The notes: generated from the letters alone by a model not told the origin. A DNA stretch of 64,000 bases from Hyalangium minutum (GCF_000737315.1 NZ_JMCB01000008.1:248001-312000); one strand, 5' to 3'; shown: positions 49,509 to 61,387, counted from the first letter of the stretch. Numbers and translations: made by a program.

Positions 49509-50090
49509 ATGAGGTCTCGTACCCCGCCGGATCTCGCGGGCCGCTGCCCGCGGTGTTACCTGCCCACGCGGCTGTGCCTGTGCGCGCAGGTGCCGCAGTT
49601 GGACACGCGCACCGAGTTCCTCGTCATCCGGCACAACAAGGAGAAGGAGAAGTCCACCAACACGGTGCGGGTGGCGGCGCTCGCGCTGGTGCGCTGTCAG
49701 GTGCTCACGTACGGGGCGCCCGGCGAGCGGTTCGACGCCTCGGTGCTCGAGAGCCCCGACACCTGGCTGCTCTTCCCGGACACGCAGCCGCCCGAGCCCC
49801 AGGCGCCTCCGCCCAAGCGGCTCATCGTGTTGGATGGGAACTGGGGACAGGCGCGCCGCATGGTCCAGCGCCTGCCCGCGCTGCGGAAGATGCCGGGCCT
49901 GGCGCTGCCTCCTCCTCCGCCAAACACGCGCCGGCTGCGCCGCCCGCCCAACCCGGACGGCATGTCCACGCTGGAGGCCATGGCCGGAGCCGTGGCGCTG
50001 CTTGAGGGCGAGGAGCTAGCCCGGCAGCTCTACGCGCTGCACGAGCTGATGATCGACCGGGTGATGGAGAGCCGCGGGCGGCTCGGGTAG
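49509..50090 (+). CDS. DTW-domain tRNA-uridine aminocarboxypropyltransferase
   Basis: RCPRC..LCLC, HNKE..KSTNT, DTWLLFP, LDGNW, MSTLEA. Confidence 0.88.
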   Translation: MRSRTPPDLAGRCPRCYLPTRLCLCAQVPQLDTRTEFLVIRHNKEKEKSTNTVRVAALALVRCQVLTYGAPGERFDASVLESPDTWLLFPDTQPPEPQAPPPKRLIVLDGNWGQARRMVQRLPALRKMPGLALPPPPPNTRRLRRPPNPDGMSTLEAMAGAVALLEGEELARQLYALHELMIDRVMESRGRLG

Positions 50091-50105
50091 CAGCGGCCGG
50101 GAGGC

Positions 50106-51515
50106 TCAGCGGACCTTCTTGAGCTCCTCGGCGAACGGCCGGGGCTCCAGGAAGCCGGTGACGCGGGGGTTCTTGAGAATCTCTCCGCCGGAGGACACGA
50201 AGGCCACGGTGGGCAGCCCCTGCACGCCGAAGCGCTCCATGAGCACATCGAGCGCGTCCTCGCTGTTAGTCGCGTCGATCTTGATGTTGAAGAAGCGCTC
50301 CGACTCGGAGATGACCTCGGGGGCCGGGTAGGTCTCCCGGTCCAGCTCCTTACAGGCCGCGCACCAGTCCGCGAAGAAGTCGATCATCACCGGCTTGCCG
50401 GCGGCGCGCGCCGAGGCGAGGGCCTTCTCGAACTCCTCGGTCGAGAAGGTGGCCTGCTTGGCGGGCATGACATGGTGCCATTCAAAGGTCGGCGCCTTGG
50501 GCAGCTCCATCCAGCCGAGCTTCACCCAGAGGGCTCCAGCGGGAGTGGTGTCCATCACACCGATGCGGACGGTGATGGCGATCACGACGAGGGCCACGCC
50601 CACGGCCTTGATGACGAACTCGCGCGATCCGGACTTGAACGAGAGGTGAATGGCGCCCACGAGCACGCCCAGCGCCGCGAACGCCCCCGCGAGGAGCGCG
50701 CCCGGCGTGCGCCCGAGCTGCGCCGCCGCCGCCTTCACCGTGTCGCGGGCCCACGGGAACGCATCCCGCAGGTAAGAGATGGCAAGCGCTACCAGGACGA
50801 TGCCCAGCACGCTCTTCACCCACTCCATCCACACGCCGCCGCGAGGCAGGCGCACGGTGAAGACGCCGATGAGGAAGAAGGGCACGCCGATGCCCAGCGC
50901 GTAGACAAAGAGGAGCGCCGCGCCCAGGCCGGTGTTCGCCGTCTTCGCCACGAACGCGAGCAGGCCGGTGAGCACGGGGCCGGTGCACGGCGCTGCGAGG
51001 AACCCGGACACGCTGCCCATGAGGAACGCGCCCGCCACGCCCGCGCCTCCCACGGTGGTCAGCCGCTGCTGCATGCTCGAAGGGAGCGCCAGCTCGAAGG
51101 CGCCGAACATGGAGGTGGCAAGCACCAGGAGGAACACCGCCAACCCCGTCACCACGGCAGGGTTGCCCAGCATGGAACCGAAGGCCTGCCCCGTCTTGGC
51201 CGCCAGCACCCCGAGCGCGCTGAACACCACGCCCATGCCGATGATGTACGAGGACGTGAGGACCAGCGCCTTCGCCCGCCCCTCGGCCTTCCGAGCGCCG
51301 AAGACAGAGACGGTGATGGGAATGAGCGGGTAGACGCAAGGCGTCATCGCCGTGAGGAGGCCGCCGAGAAAAACGACAGCGGCCCCCGTCAGCAAGCTGC
51401 CGGAGGCCAGGAACTGCGTCGCATCCAGCCCGAGCCCTGGGCCGGTGGGCATGAGCCAGGGGACCACCACCACGGCGATGCCGCACACTGCGGCGAGAAT
51501 CCCAACCTTCTTCAC
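50106..51515 (-). CDS. DsbD/CcdA-like disulfide reductase with C-terminal thioredoxin domain
   Basis: TPCVYPLIP, APCTGP, DFFADWCAACK. Confidence 0.9.
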   Translation of the reverse strand: MKKVGILAAVCGIAVVVVPWLMPTGPGLGLDATQFLASGSLLTGAAVVFLGGLLTAMTPCVYPLIPITVSVFGARKAEGRAKALVLTSSYIIGMGVVFSALGVLAAKTGQAFGSMLGNPAVVTGLAVFLLVLATSMFGAFELALPSSMQQRLTTVGGAGVAGAFLMGSVSGFLAAPCTGPVLTGLLAFVAKTANTGLGAALLFVYALGIGVPFFLIGVFTVRLPRGGVWMEWVKSVLGIVLVALAISYLRDAFPWARDTVKAAAAQLGRTPGALLAGAFAALGVLVGAIHLSFKSGSREFVIKAVGVALVVIAITVRIGVMDTTPAGALWVKLGWMELPKAPTFEWHHVMPAKQATFSTEEFEKALASARAAGKPVMIDFFADWCAACKELDRETYPAPEVISESERFFNIKIDATNSEDALDVLMERFGVQGLPTVAFVSSGGEILKNPRVTGFLEPRPFAEELKKVR

Positions 51516-51572
51516 GGCTGACGTACCTCCTGTGCCTCCCGCCCTCCTTATATACGCCAGACCGAGGGCCGG

Positions 51573-53363
51573 TTACTGCGGCTGCTGGGCGGGGGTGGGA
51601 ATCTTCAGGCCCGCAGAACGCGCGAGCCCCATCACCCCTTCCACCGCCGCGGCGATGTAGCCGAACGGATTGGCACCATCCACGGCGGTGACGTGGACCT
51701 CGCCCATCTTCTGTTGGAAGGCGGCCGCCACCTGGGGGAGCTGGTTGGCGAGCGTCATCTGGATGACCTCTGGGCTCAGCGTGTTCTCGATCTCGCGCAT
51801 CGTCCGGGCGCGCTGGAGTTCCAGCTCCTGCGTCACGGTGAGCTTCTTCGTCTCGAACTCGGCGATGGCCAGCTCCGCCTCGGCGATGGCGCGGCGGGCC
51901 TGAGCCACCTGCACCTGGGCCTTGAGCCGCTCCACCTCCTGCATCGTCGTCGCCAGTTGGCCCTCGTGCCGGGCGGCAGCGGCCTCCTGCTCGTTCCGGA
52001 TGCGCTCCATCTCGGCCTGCTGCTCCTGGCGCATGCGCTCCAGGGCGGCCTCGGCCTGCGTGACGGCCATCTGGCGCTCGTGGGCGAGTTGGGCCTCGGA
52101 CAGGGCGCGGTCGTGGGCAAGCTTCGCCTCGGCCATGCGCGCCTCGCTGGCCAGTTGTTCCATCTTCGCGGCCTCATCGGCCTCCTCGCGGCGCTTGCGC
52201 AGCTCCAGCTCGGCGTTCAGCTTGCTGAGGGACAGCTCGCGCTCGGCGTTGGCCTGACCCTGCTTGAGGTTGCGCTCCTGGAGGAGCTTCGCCTCGGCCA
52301 ACCGCGCCTCGGTGGCGAGCAACTCCAGCTTCGCGGACTCGTCGGCCTGCTGCTTGCGCTGGCGGACCTCGTATTCCGCGTTGAGCTTGCTCAGGGTGAC
52401 TTCGCGCTCGGTGGCCACCTGCCCCTGCTTGAGGGCGCGCTCCTGGGCGAGCCGGGCCTCGGTGACACGGGCCTCGGAGGACAGCTCCTCGAGCCGGGCC
52501 TGCTCCTCGGTGACGGTGCGCTTCTGGCGGACCTCCTCGTCTGCGGCGAGCTTCGTCAGGGCGATGGCGCGCTCGGCCTCGGCCTCCTCGCGCCGGAGGA
52601 AGCGCTCCTTGGCCAGCTCCGCCTCGCGGGCCTGCCGCTCCTGCTCGCGGCGATAGCGGGCCTGCATGTTCTCGAAGACGGTGGAGCTGAGCACCCGGAC
52701 GTCTTGAATCTCGATGGTGTCGATGACGACGCCCCAGCCGGCGTCCGTGCTGTCATCGAGTCGGCCGCGGCCAGAGACCACGGGGGCAATCTCTCGCATC
52801 AACTCGGTGGCGATGCCCTCCTTGCGCTTGGTGAGGCACTCCTCCACGGAGAGGTTGGCCACCAGGCGGCGGGCGGCACCGACGAACATCTCACGCAGCA
52901 GGCCCTGCAACTTCTCGGAGGCGCGCTCCGGGAAGGAGAAGTTCAGCATCCGGAACGCCACCAGCGGATCCACGATGCGGTACACCGCGAGGCCCGTCAC
53001 TGACACGCCGACCTTCTCGCTCGTCACCTGGTCCGCGGTGAACTGGAGCCGCTGCACGCTGGTGGGGACGATGGCCACCGCGTCGCCGGGGAACTTGAAG
53101 CAGCTGGCGCCCTGGCCGGAGACCTCCCGGACGCGGCCGCGGCGCATGTGGATGAGGAACTCACTGGGGCGCGCGGTGATGAGGCCCCACTTCTTCATCT
53201 TCTCGGGGTCCTCCTCCGGCTTGCCAGCCCGCCAGCCATGCTCGTAGCGCGTGCCATTCAGGTCGTTGGAAGCCCCCTCGGACACCAACTGCATCCGCGT
53301 CTCGGTGCCGTTGACCCCATTGCTGCTGCCGCTCATCCGGTTCCGCTTCTCGCTGGCGCTCAT
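51573..53363 (-). CDS. SPFH/flotillin-like protein with long repetitive coiled coil
   Basis: WGLITARPSEFLIH, FTADQVTSEK, IDTIEIQDV; AEA-rich repeats; start uncertain. Confidence 0.75.
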   Translation of the reverse strand: MSASEKRNRMSGSSNGVNGTETRMQLVSEGASNDLNGTRYEHGWRAGKPEEDPEKMKKWGLITARPSEFLIHMRRGRVREVSGQGASCFKFPGDAVAIVPTSVQRLQFTADQVTSEKVGVSVTGLAVYRIVDPLVAFRMLNFSFPERASEKLQGLLREMFVGAARRLVANLSVEECLTKRKEGIATELMREIAPVVSGRGRLDDSTDAGWGVVIDTIEIQDVRVLSSTVFENMQARYRREQERQAREAELAKERFLRREEAEAERAIALTKLAADEEVRQKRTVTEEQARLEELSSEARVTEARLAQERALKQGQVATEREVTLSKLNAEYEVRQRKQQADESAKLELLATEARLAEAKLLQERNLKQGQANAERELSLSKLNAELELRKRREEADEAAKMEQLASEARMAEAKLAHDRALSEAQLAHERQMAVTQAEAALERMRQEQQAEMERIRNEQEAAAARHEGQLATTMQEVERLKAQVQVAQARRAIAEAELAIAEFETKKLTVTQELELQRARTMREIENTLSPEVIQMTLANQLPQVAAAFQQKMGEVHVTAVDGANPFGYIAAAVEGVMGLARSAGLKIPTPAQQPQ

Positions 53364-53570
53364 GTGTTCGCCCTCCGTGCCGAGGCACAGTGCAGAGATG
53401 CGGCCAAGTCCCAGTTTACGTGGTTCCAGGCACTTACCGGATGCGGGTGTTCCAATCTGGAGCGGCTGCCTCGGAACAGGGCAGGAGCAGGCGCTCCAGA
53501 CTGGAGCGATTCCGACAGGTTGAGCCAAGGTGGCCCATGGCAGTCTGTGAGTACCTCCTCTTACCCAGGA

Positions 53571-54086
53571 CTACGGAGCAAAGGGGTAGCGCGCCAGGAC
53601 CTTGCCCTCGGGGGAGACGGCGTACAGTTCTGCCCAATCCGTCTCAAGGCTGAAACCTTCAGGCACAACCCACCCGCACTTATCCATCCGCTGGTTGATG
53701 CGGACGATGTACATGCCTCCTCCTTCGCCTACGACAACCTCTAGTCCCTTGGGCGAGTAGCCGCACCCCTTGGAACCCTCCTTTTCGAACCGTGCCAACA
53801 GGGCCTGAAGGGCAGCATGCGCCGCCAGGACTGCAGGGGCATCCAGCGTCGTCAGCAGACGTACATCTTCGGGCCAGCGAACGCCCCCGGCGATGATGGG
53901 CTTGCGCGCAGGGACTCCTGCATTTGACCGTGAACTGACCGGTGAGACACCCTCCATTCCCGCGTCAGGGCTGGCCGGAGTCGTACCAGTGGTTCCTGCA
54001 TCCAGTCCCCCAAGACTGGGCTGGGGAGTTCCTGCTCCGCCCCCTCCCAGGAGCGACAAGAGCAACAAGAACGGATGAAGTCTCAT
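53571..54086 (-). CDS. Exported hypothetical protein (paralog 2; candidate immunity)
   Basis: Signal peptide; GGVRWPE...CGYSPKG...DKCGW...ELYAVSPEGKVLARYP. Confidence 0.7.
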   Translation of the reverse strand: MRLHPFLLLLSLLGGGGAGTPQPSLGGLDAGTTGTTPASPDAGMEGVSPVSSRSNAGVPARKPIIAGGVRWPEDVRLLTTLDAPAVLAAHAALQALLARFEKEGSKGCGYSPKGLEVVVGEGGGMYIVRINQRMDKCGWVVPEGFSLETDWAELYAVSPEGKVLARYPFAP

Positions 54087-54148
54087 CAGGCGGCTGTCCT
54101 CATGCGAGGTTTTGATACCAATCGGCCAGTCCGATCAAGAAGCACCTT

Positions 54149-54802
54149 TCAACCTTTCCCAGACTCAATTCTTGCCCAGGCCTCATTCAACTCGCGAGTA
54201 ATCTCCACAGCCAACTCCTTGAGTCTCGGCCCAAGCGAATCCACCTTATCCGGGTGATACATCAACAGCAGTTTATGATACGCTTTTTTAGCCTCAGCCT
54301 TGGGAGTTCCTTTAGGCACACCAAGAACATCCCAAGGTGTCCGAACTTTGCGCCGTTCCTTCTCATCATCAGCGGAGGCGGTGCTCGCCTTACCCTTCTT
54401 TTCATTACCAGTTTTCTTGTTACCGCTTCGAGACTGGCGAGTTCCTTCGCGCTCTTTATCACCGCGCGCTGAACGACCTCCCCTTGCCGCCTGTTCAGGC
54501 TCTGCATCTACCGAAAAAACGAGAACATACTTCCCGATCCAAACCTCATCCGAAGGCCTTAATGGTGTCCACGCGGTAACCCGCTTACCGTTCACATAGG
54601 TTCCATTGGTTGAGCCCGAGTCCCCCACCATCAACTTGCCTCCGGCAAAGAGCACTCGACAATGCTCCTTGGAGACATTGTTTTGCTTCAAGATCACATC
54701 ATTCTCAGCAGCACGGCCAATCACAATCTCATGCCGCTGAAAGGCTCTCTCAATACTCCGTGCGCCTCCTATTGTCCCCACTCGGACGCGGATTCCGGAC
54801 AT
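54149..54802 (-). CDS. FHA domain + C-terminal J-domain protein
   Basis: IGR..NDV..VSKEH, DSGSTNGTYVNG; PWDVLGV..AYHKLLLMYHPDK; AT-rich. Confidence 0.85.
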   Translation of the reverse strand: MSGIRVRVGTIGGARSIERAFQRHEIVIGRAAENDVILKQNNVSKEHCRVLFAGGKLMVGDSGSTNGTYVNGKRVTAWTPLRPSDEVWIGKYVLVFSVDAEPEQAARGGRSARGDKEREGTRQSRSGNKKTGNEKKGKASTASADDEKERRKVRTPWDVLGVPKGTPKAEAKKAYHKLLLMYHPDKVDSLGPRLKELAVEITRELNEAWARIESGKG

Positions 54803-54858
54803 ATTCACCTCATCGCTTCATGCACCATGAACACTCTTTCTTCCACTCCGCCTTCGAA

Positions 54859-55374
54859 TTACGGCGAATAGGGGTAGCGCGCCAGAACCTTGCCCTCGGG
54901 AGACACGGCGTACAGCTCGAACCAGTCCATCTCAGTGCTGAAACCGGGAGGAACCTTCCATCCGCACTTGTCCATTCGCTGCTCGATGCGAACAAGGTAA
55001 AGGCCGTCTCCTTCGCCTACGATCAGTTCCAAGCCTTTGGGGGAGTATCCACAGCCCGATTCCCCCTCCTTGGCAAAACGTGCCAAGAGGTGCTGCAACG
55101 CGGCATGGGCTGCCACAATCGCGGGGGCGTCCAATGTCGTCAGGACCTTAACGTCCTCTGGCCAGCGAATGCCTCCAGCAATCACGGGCCTACGCGCTCG
55201 GATCCCACCATCGAGGACCGTGCCGCTGGACGCTCCCCCACCGATTCCTCCCGCATCCCTCCCCTGCTCAGTAGCAATTCCACCATCCGCTCCTGTCTGC
55301 GGAGGCCTGGGGACCTCGGTTCCACCATCCGACAGGAGTGAAACAAGCAAGAGGATATAATGGGGCTTCAACAT
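54859..55374 (-). CDS. Exported hypothetical protein (paralog 1; candidate immunity)
   Basis: Signal peptide MLKPHYILLL; C-terminal domain closely matching 53571-54086. Confidence 0.7.
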   Translation of the reverse strand: MLKPHYILLLVSLLSDGGTEVPRPPQTGADGGIATEQGRDAGGIGGGASSGTVLDGGIRARRPVIAGGIRWPEDVKVLTTLDAPAIVAAHAALQHLLARFAKEGESGCGYSPKGLELIVGEGDGLYLVRIEQRMDKCGWKVPPGFSTEMDWFELYAVSPEGKVLARYPYSP

Positions 55375-55397
55375 GAAAGTGCTCCAAGGGACTAACA

Positions 55398-56151
55398 TCA
55401 ATACCAATCCACTAAGCCAGGGGAGCAACTCGGAGGAAGAGCTTGATCGGGATAAAGAGCGATGGAGAAGTTGGGCGTGCATCTTGCTTGAAACATCCAC
55501 TGCTGCTTGCCTTCATGCCACTTGAACACGTCGCCCGCTGAGTTCCACTTGTAGAAGCGCGGTTCATCCGCGTGCCCCGTGGCGAGCCAGGCCCAAGCCA
55601 ATGCCCATTCCCCCTGGCTATCACTCACTCCCTTTCCTTCAGGAGTGACGCCGTATCCGACCATCACCCAACCGCCTTCGGGTGCTCTTGTGGCCGGAAA
55701 CGTCAGCAGATCCCTGCTGCTCGCGAAGAGGCCACACGGGTGGTTGTGTGCGTAGCCAAAGACGGGCAAGCCCCTTCCGAAATCATCATCCTCCACTCCG
55801 CCAAAGGGCGGCTTGCACGCGTTCTTCTCTCCTACCAGCCTCCGGATGGGCCAAGACACGCGCCAGTCATGAGGTGTCTTGTAAGTCGATGGCCCCAGGC
55901 AAGGTCATCAAGGACTTGAGCATGGGCAGCACCAGATCATCCGGCACGGCCGTCGCGGCCGACAGCACAGCTGGGACATGGGGCCAAGGCCCACGCACGA
56001 CCATCAGGTTCCTGTCGTTCTCCAGAACAGGCAATTCTCCCTGAACGTAGTAGAGCCGAGCACCGGTGCATGCCCCCATCAGGCACAGCACAAGTCCCCA
56101 CAAAAACCCTGGGCGGCGATGAGGAGGGCTCTTTCGCCTGGGAAGTAGCAC
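55398..56151 (-). pseudogene. Disrupted lipoprotein with JAB/MPN-like metal motif
   Basis: Lipobox LMGAC in one frame ending at TGA 55867; second frame carries YAHNHPCGLFASSRD (HxH-x6-SxxD). Confidence 0.55.
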
Positions 56152-56355
56152 GGTGAGCGAGCCTATCTTCCGTTGACTGCTGGGCAAGAGGCTCCTGCGC
56201 GGCCCGTTCCCCCTTCTATCTCTCTGAGGTGCCCAAAAGCCCAGGTCCGCATGTTCGAACGTCCGGTGAGGCACCAAGCCTCCGTGCAGCGGCTGCACGA
56301 AACCAGGACGAAGCCCACGCATCCGTGCTTAGAGGGGAGAAAGTCACCCGGAGGT

Positions 56356-56468
56356 CAGGTCCACACATGTGGACCTGAAGCCCCCTGGAAGGTCCGGCGA
56401 TGTGGACCTGAGCCCCCTCAGAGGTCCACATATGTGGACCTCCCACCGACGGACCCCTCAGGTCCATC
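56356..56468. repeat. Tandem palindromic repeat (AGGTCCACAYATGTGGACCT), 3 full copies plus a partial
   Basis: Copies at 56356-56377, 56390-56410 and 56421-56442, separated by agccccct-containing linkers. Confidence 0.8.
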
Positions 56469-56524
56469 CAGGGATGCACACGCAGCGGCCCTGATGTTCC
56501 CTTGACCGGGAGTGGCTCGCTTTA

Positions 56525-56549
56525 ATATTAGACCGTTCTGGTCCACATT
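56525..56549. promoter_or_regulatory. Candidate Rrf2/IscR-type operator upstream of iscS
   Basis: ATATTAGACCGTTCTGGTCCACATT with GAC-N7-GTC dyad, 38 nt before iscS. Confidence 0.5.
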
Positions 56550-56587
56550 GGTGGGACAATGTAGGCCTGCGGGAAGGTTCGTCGAGA

Positions 56588-57949
<1,362 letters not shown>

Positions 57950-57958
57950 GGAATATCC

Positions 57959-58366
57959 ATGGCTTACAGCGATAAGGTCATCGAGCACTACGAGAACCCC
58001 CGCAACGTGGGGACGCTGGACAAGAACGATCCCAACGTCGGCACCGGCCTGGTCGGCGCCCCGGCGTGCGGCGACGTCATGCGCCTGCAGCTGAAGATCA
58101 CCGACGAGGGCATCATCGAGGACGCCAAGTTCAAGACGTTCGGCTGTGGCTCGGCCATCGCGTCGAGCTCCCTCGTGACGGAGTGGGTCAAGGGCAAGAC
58201 GGTGGACCAGGCGATGACCATCTCCAACAAGGACGTGGCCAAGGAACTGTCGCTCCCGCCGGTGAAGATCCACTGCTCGGTGCTCGCCGAGGACGCCATC
58301 AAGGCGGCCATCGAGGACTTCAAGAAAAAGCGCCAGGAGCGGCAGACGAAGCAGTCCGCGTCCTGA
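57959..58366 (+). CDS. iscU: Fe-S scaffold IscU
   Basis: YENPRNVG, GAPACGD, FGCGSA, KIHCS. Confidence 0.97.
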   Translation: MAYSDKVIEHYENPRNVGTLDKNDPNVGTGLVGAPACGDVMRLQLKITDEGIIEDAKFKTFGCGSAIASSSLVTEWVKGKTVDQAMTISNKDVAKELSLPPVKIHCSVLAEDAIKAAIEDFKKKRQERQTKQSAS

Positions 58367-58403
58367 GCTGGGCCCCGAAGCGCGGGCCAGGAGACGTAGC
58401 GTG

Positions 58404-58808
58404 ATGAGCGAGCAGACGACCTCACAGACCCAGCAGCCCTCCGCGGCGTCTGCCCCTGCGCCGACCGGCAAGCCGGCAGGCAAGGGCATTATCCTCAGCG
58501 ACGGCGCGGTGAAGCGGCTGCGCGTGCTGCTGGAGCAGCGCCAGACGCCCGAGGCGGGCCTGCGCCTGGCCGTCAAGGGAGGGGGCTGCTCGGGGCTGCA
58601 GTACGCCATGGAGTGGGCGGAGAAGCCGCGCGAGCGCGACAAGGTGTTCGAGCGCGACGGCGTCCGCGTCTTCGTCGATCCCAAGAGCTACCTGTACCTG
58701 ATGGGCACGGAGCTCGTTTTCGAAGAGACCCTGATGGGCTCCGGCTTCAAGCTGCAGAACCCGAACGTGAAGGGCGCGTGCGGCTGCGGCGAGAGCTTCA
58801 CCATCTAG
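58404..58808 (+). CDS. iscA: A-type Fe-S carrier IscA
   Basis: GGGCSGLQY, NPNVKGACGCGESF. Confidence 0.95.
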   Translation: MSEQTTSQTQQPSAASAPAPTGKPAGKGIILSDGAVKRLRVLLEQRQTPEAGLRLAVKGGGCSGLQYAMEWAEKPRERDKVFERDGVRVFVDPKSYLYLMGTELVFEETLMGSGFKLQNPNVKGACGCGESFTI

Positions 58809-58909
58809 CCCTCTGGCGCTCCCTGCCCAGGAGGGCGGCCAGGCCCCTCCTCCGCCGGCACCCTCCTCGTGCGTAACTTCCTCTTTTCGCCCGCCAGGAG
58901 TGTGGACAC

Positions 58910-59542
58910 GTGAAGTGCTGGAACTGTGAGAAGGACACGGCCGGACGGGCCTTCTGCCCCGCCTGTGGGAAGATCGCCGCTCGGCCCCCGGGGGCCACGC
59001 TCTTCGAGGTCTTCTCGATGAAGCCGGGCTACGACGTGGACATCCCCGTGCTCGAGCGGCGGTTCCGCGAGCTGTCGCTCCAGCTGCACCCGGATCGCTT
59101 CGCCCAGGCCGATGCCCGTGAGCGCCGCCTGTCGCTGGAGCAGACCACCACCCTCAACGAGGCCTACAAGACGCTCAAGGACCCATCGCGCCGGGCCTTC
59201 TACCTGCTCAAGCTGCACGGAGTAGACCTGGACCGCGAGGACACCGGCACCCTGAAGGACATGCCCCCCGAGTTCCTCGAGGAAGTCATCGAGCTGCGCG
59301 AGGAGCTGGAAGGCGCCATGCACAAGCGGGATTTGACGCGGGCCCAGGCCATGGCGGTGGACGTGACGTCGCGCCAACGTGAGGCACTGCACGAGGCCGC
59401 GGACGCCCTGCGAGCACTGCACCAGGACGGCAGCAATGAAGAGGAGCTGGTGAAAAAGGCATCGCACGCGCTGGGGCGGGTGCGGTACTTCACGCGCTTC
59501 CTCGAGCAAGTAGAGGAGTTCGAGGAGGAGGCGGTGGTTTGA
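58910..59542 (+). CDS. hscB: Co-chaperone HscB
   Basis: CWNC..CPAC Zn module, HPDRF J-domain, RRAFYLL. Confidence 0.93.
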   Translation: MKCWNCEKDTAGRAFCPACGKIAARPPGATLFEVFSMKPGYDVDIPVLERRFRELSLQLHPDRFAQADARERRLSLEQTTTLNEAYKTLKDPSRRAFYLLKLHGVDLDREDTGTLKDMPPEFLEEVIELREELEGAMHKRDLTRAQAMAVDVTSRQREALHEAADALRALHQDGSNEEELVKKASHALGRVRYFTRFLEQVEEFEEEAVV

Positions 59543-61386
59543 GCAAGAACGGCTATCTGCAGATCCATGATCCCCTGAAGCCCAAGGGGTACGCGGTGGG
59601 CATCGACCTGGGGACCACGAACTCGCTGGTGGCCTCGGTCATCCAGGGCAAGCCCCGCTGCCTCTCGGTGGACGACGGCGACGCCATGCTGCTGCCCTCG
59701 GTGGTGCACTACGCGAAGGAGGGAGGCGTCGTGGTGGGCGCGCGGGCCCGGAAGCTGGCGGCCGAGCACCCCACCGACACCATCATCTCCGTGAAGCGCT
59801 TCATGGGCCGCAGCCCGGAGGATCCGGAGACGCGCAAGCTGGGCCACTACCAGTTTGCCGACGGCCCCGGCCGCGTGGTGCGCTTCCAGGTGGCGGGCGG
59901 CCAGCCGGTGACGCCCATTGAGGTGTCCGGGGAGATCCTCCGGGCGCTCAAGCGCCGCGCCGAGTCTCACTTCGCGGGCAAGGTGGAGCAGGCCGTCATC
60001 ACCGTGCCCGCCTACTTCGACGATGCCCAGCGCCAGGCCACCAAGGACGCGGGGCGGCTGGCGGGGCTCGAGGTGCTGCGCCTGCTGAACGAGCCCACCG
60101 CGGCGGCGCTGGCGTACGGCCTCGACAAGGGCAGCCAGGGCACCTTCGCGGTGTATGACTTGGGCGGCGGCACCTTCGACATCTCCATCCTCAAGCTGGT
60201 GGAGGGCATCTTCGAGGTGAAGTCCACGGGCGGAGACTCGGCGCTGGGCGGCGATGACTTCGATCGCGCCATTGCCCAGCGGGTGCTCCAGGCTATGGGC
60301 GAGAGCTCGCCCTCCCCTTCCCTCGTGGCGGAGCTGCTCGCCGCGGCCCGGAAGACGAAGGAGGCCCTCACGGACGCTCCCGAGGTGGAGCTCGGGGTGG
60401 GCAGCCACCGGCAGGTCATCCGGCGCGAGGACTTCGACGCGTGGATCCAGCCGCTCATCCAGAAGACGGGCATCGTGTGCCGGCGCGCGCTGAAGGACGC
60501 GGGCGTGACGGCGGCGGAGCTGGACGGCGTCATCTTGGTCGGCGGGGCCACGCGCGTGCCCGCGGTGCGCCGGTACGTGGCGGAGCTGTTCGGCCGCGAG
60601 CCGCTCGGTGACATTGACCCGGATCAGGTGGTGGCGCTGGGCGCGGCGGTGCAGGCGGATCTGCTCACCAACACGGATCGCCAGGACGAGGTGCTGCTGC
60701 TGGACGTCATCCCCCTGTCGCTGGGGCTGGAGACGATGGGCGGCATCGTCGAGAAGCTGATTCCGCGCAACTCCACCATCCCCACCGCAGCGGCCCAGGT
60801 CTTCACCACGTTCAAGGACGGGCAGACGGGCCTGGACGTGCATGTGCTCCAGGGCGAGCGCGAGGCGGTGGAGGACTGCCGCAGCCTGGCGCGGTTCCGG
60901 CTCTCGGGCATCCCTCCTATGGCGGCCGGCATCGCGCGCGTGGAGGTGCGCTTCCAGGTGGACGCGGACGGCATCCTCTCCGTCACCGCCCAGGAGCAGA
61001 GCACCGGCATCAGCCAGAGCATCACCGTGAAGCCCAGCCACGGGCTCACGGATGAGGAAGTGGAGCGGATGCTGCTCGACTCCATCGACTACGCGGAGCA
61101 GGACATCCAGATCCGTCAGGTCCGCGAGCAGCGGGTGGAGGCCGAGCGGGTGCTGATGGACGCGGCCAAGCAGCTCGGCGAGCACGGCGGCCTGCTCCAG
61201 GACGGCGAGCGGGCAGCCATCGAGGCGGCGATAGAGCGAGTGCGGGAGCTGGCGAAGGGCGAGGACTCCCACGCCATCAAGGAGGCCATCCACGCCCTGG
61301 ACGAAGTCTCCCGGTCGTTCGTGGAAAGGGTGATGAACCAGGCCATCAGCCAGGTCGTCGCCGGGCATTCCGTGGAGGAGTACTGA
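59539..61386 (+). CDS. hscA: Fe-S chaperone HscA
   Basis: [33 protein letters not shown]; isc operon context. Confidence 0.93.
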   Translation: MSKNGYLQIHDPLKPKGYAVGIDLGTTNSLVASVIQGKPRCLSVDDGDAMLLPSVVHYAKEGGVVVGARARKLAAEHPTDTIISVKRFMGRSPEDPETRKLGHYQFADGPGRVVRFQVAGGQPVTPIEVSGEILRALKRRAESHFAGKVEQAVITVPAYFDDAQRQATKDAGRLAGLEVLRLLNEPTAAALAYGLDKGSQGTFAVYDLGGGTFDISILKLVEGIFEVKSTGGDSALGGDDFDRAIAQRVLQAMGESSPSPSLVAELLAAARKTKEALTDAPEVELGVGSHRQVIRREDFDAWIQPLIQKTGIVCRRALKDAGVTAAELDGVILVGGATRVPAVRRYVAELFGREPLGDIDPDQVVALGAAVQADLLTNTDRQDEVLLLDVIPLSLGLETMGGIVEKLIPRNSTIPTAAAQVFTTFKDGQTGLDVHVLQGEREAVEDCRSLARFRLSGIPPMAAGIARVEVRFQVDADGILSVTAQEQSTGISQSITVKPSHGLTDEEVERMLLDSIDYAEQDIQIRQVREQRVEAERVLMDAAKQLGEHGGLLQDGERAAIEAAIERVRELAKGEDSHAIKEAIHALDEVSRSFVERVMNQAISQVVAGHSVEEY

Positions 61387-61387
61387 G

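Noticed and set aside
53456-53508. Three CTGGAGCG/CGCTCCAG copies forming alternative hairpins upstream of the SPFH gene
   Set aside because: Arms are only 8-9 bp in GC-rich DNA; not distinguishable from chance or a generic REP without comparative data
55860-55870. Selenocysteine or stop readthrough joining the two JAB-like fragments
   Set aside because: The fragments are in different reading frames
56356-56468. Possible CRISPR array
   Set aside because: Linkers are only 10-12 nt and mutually similar; no cas genes
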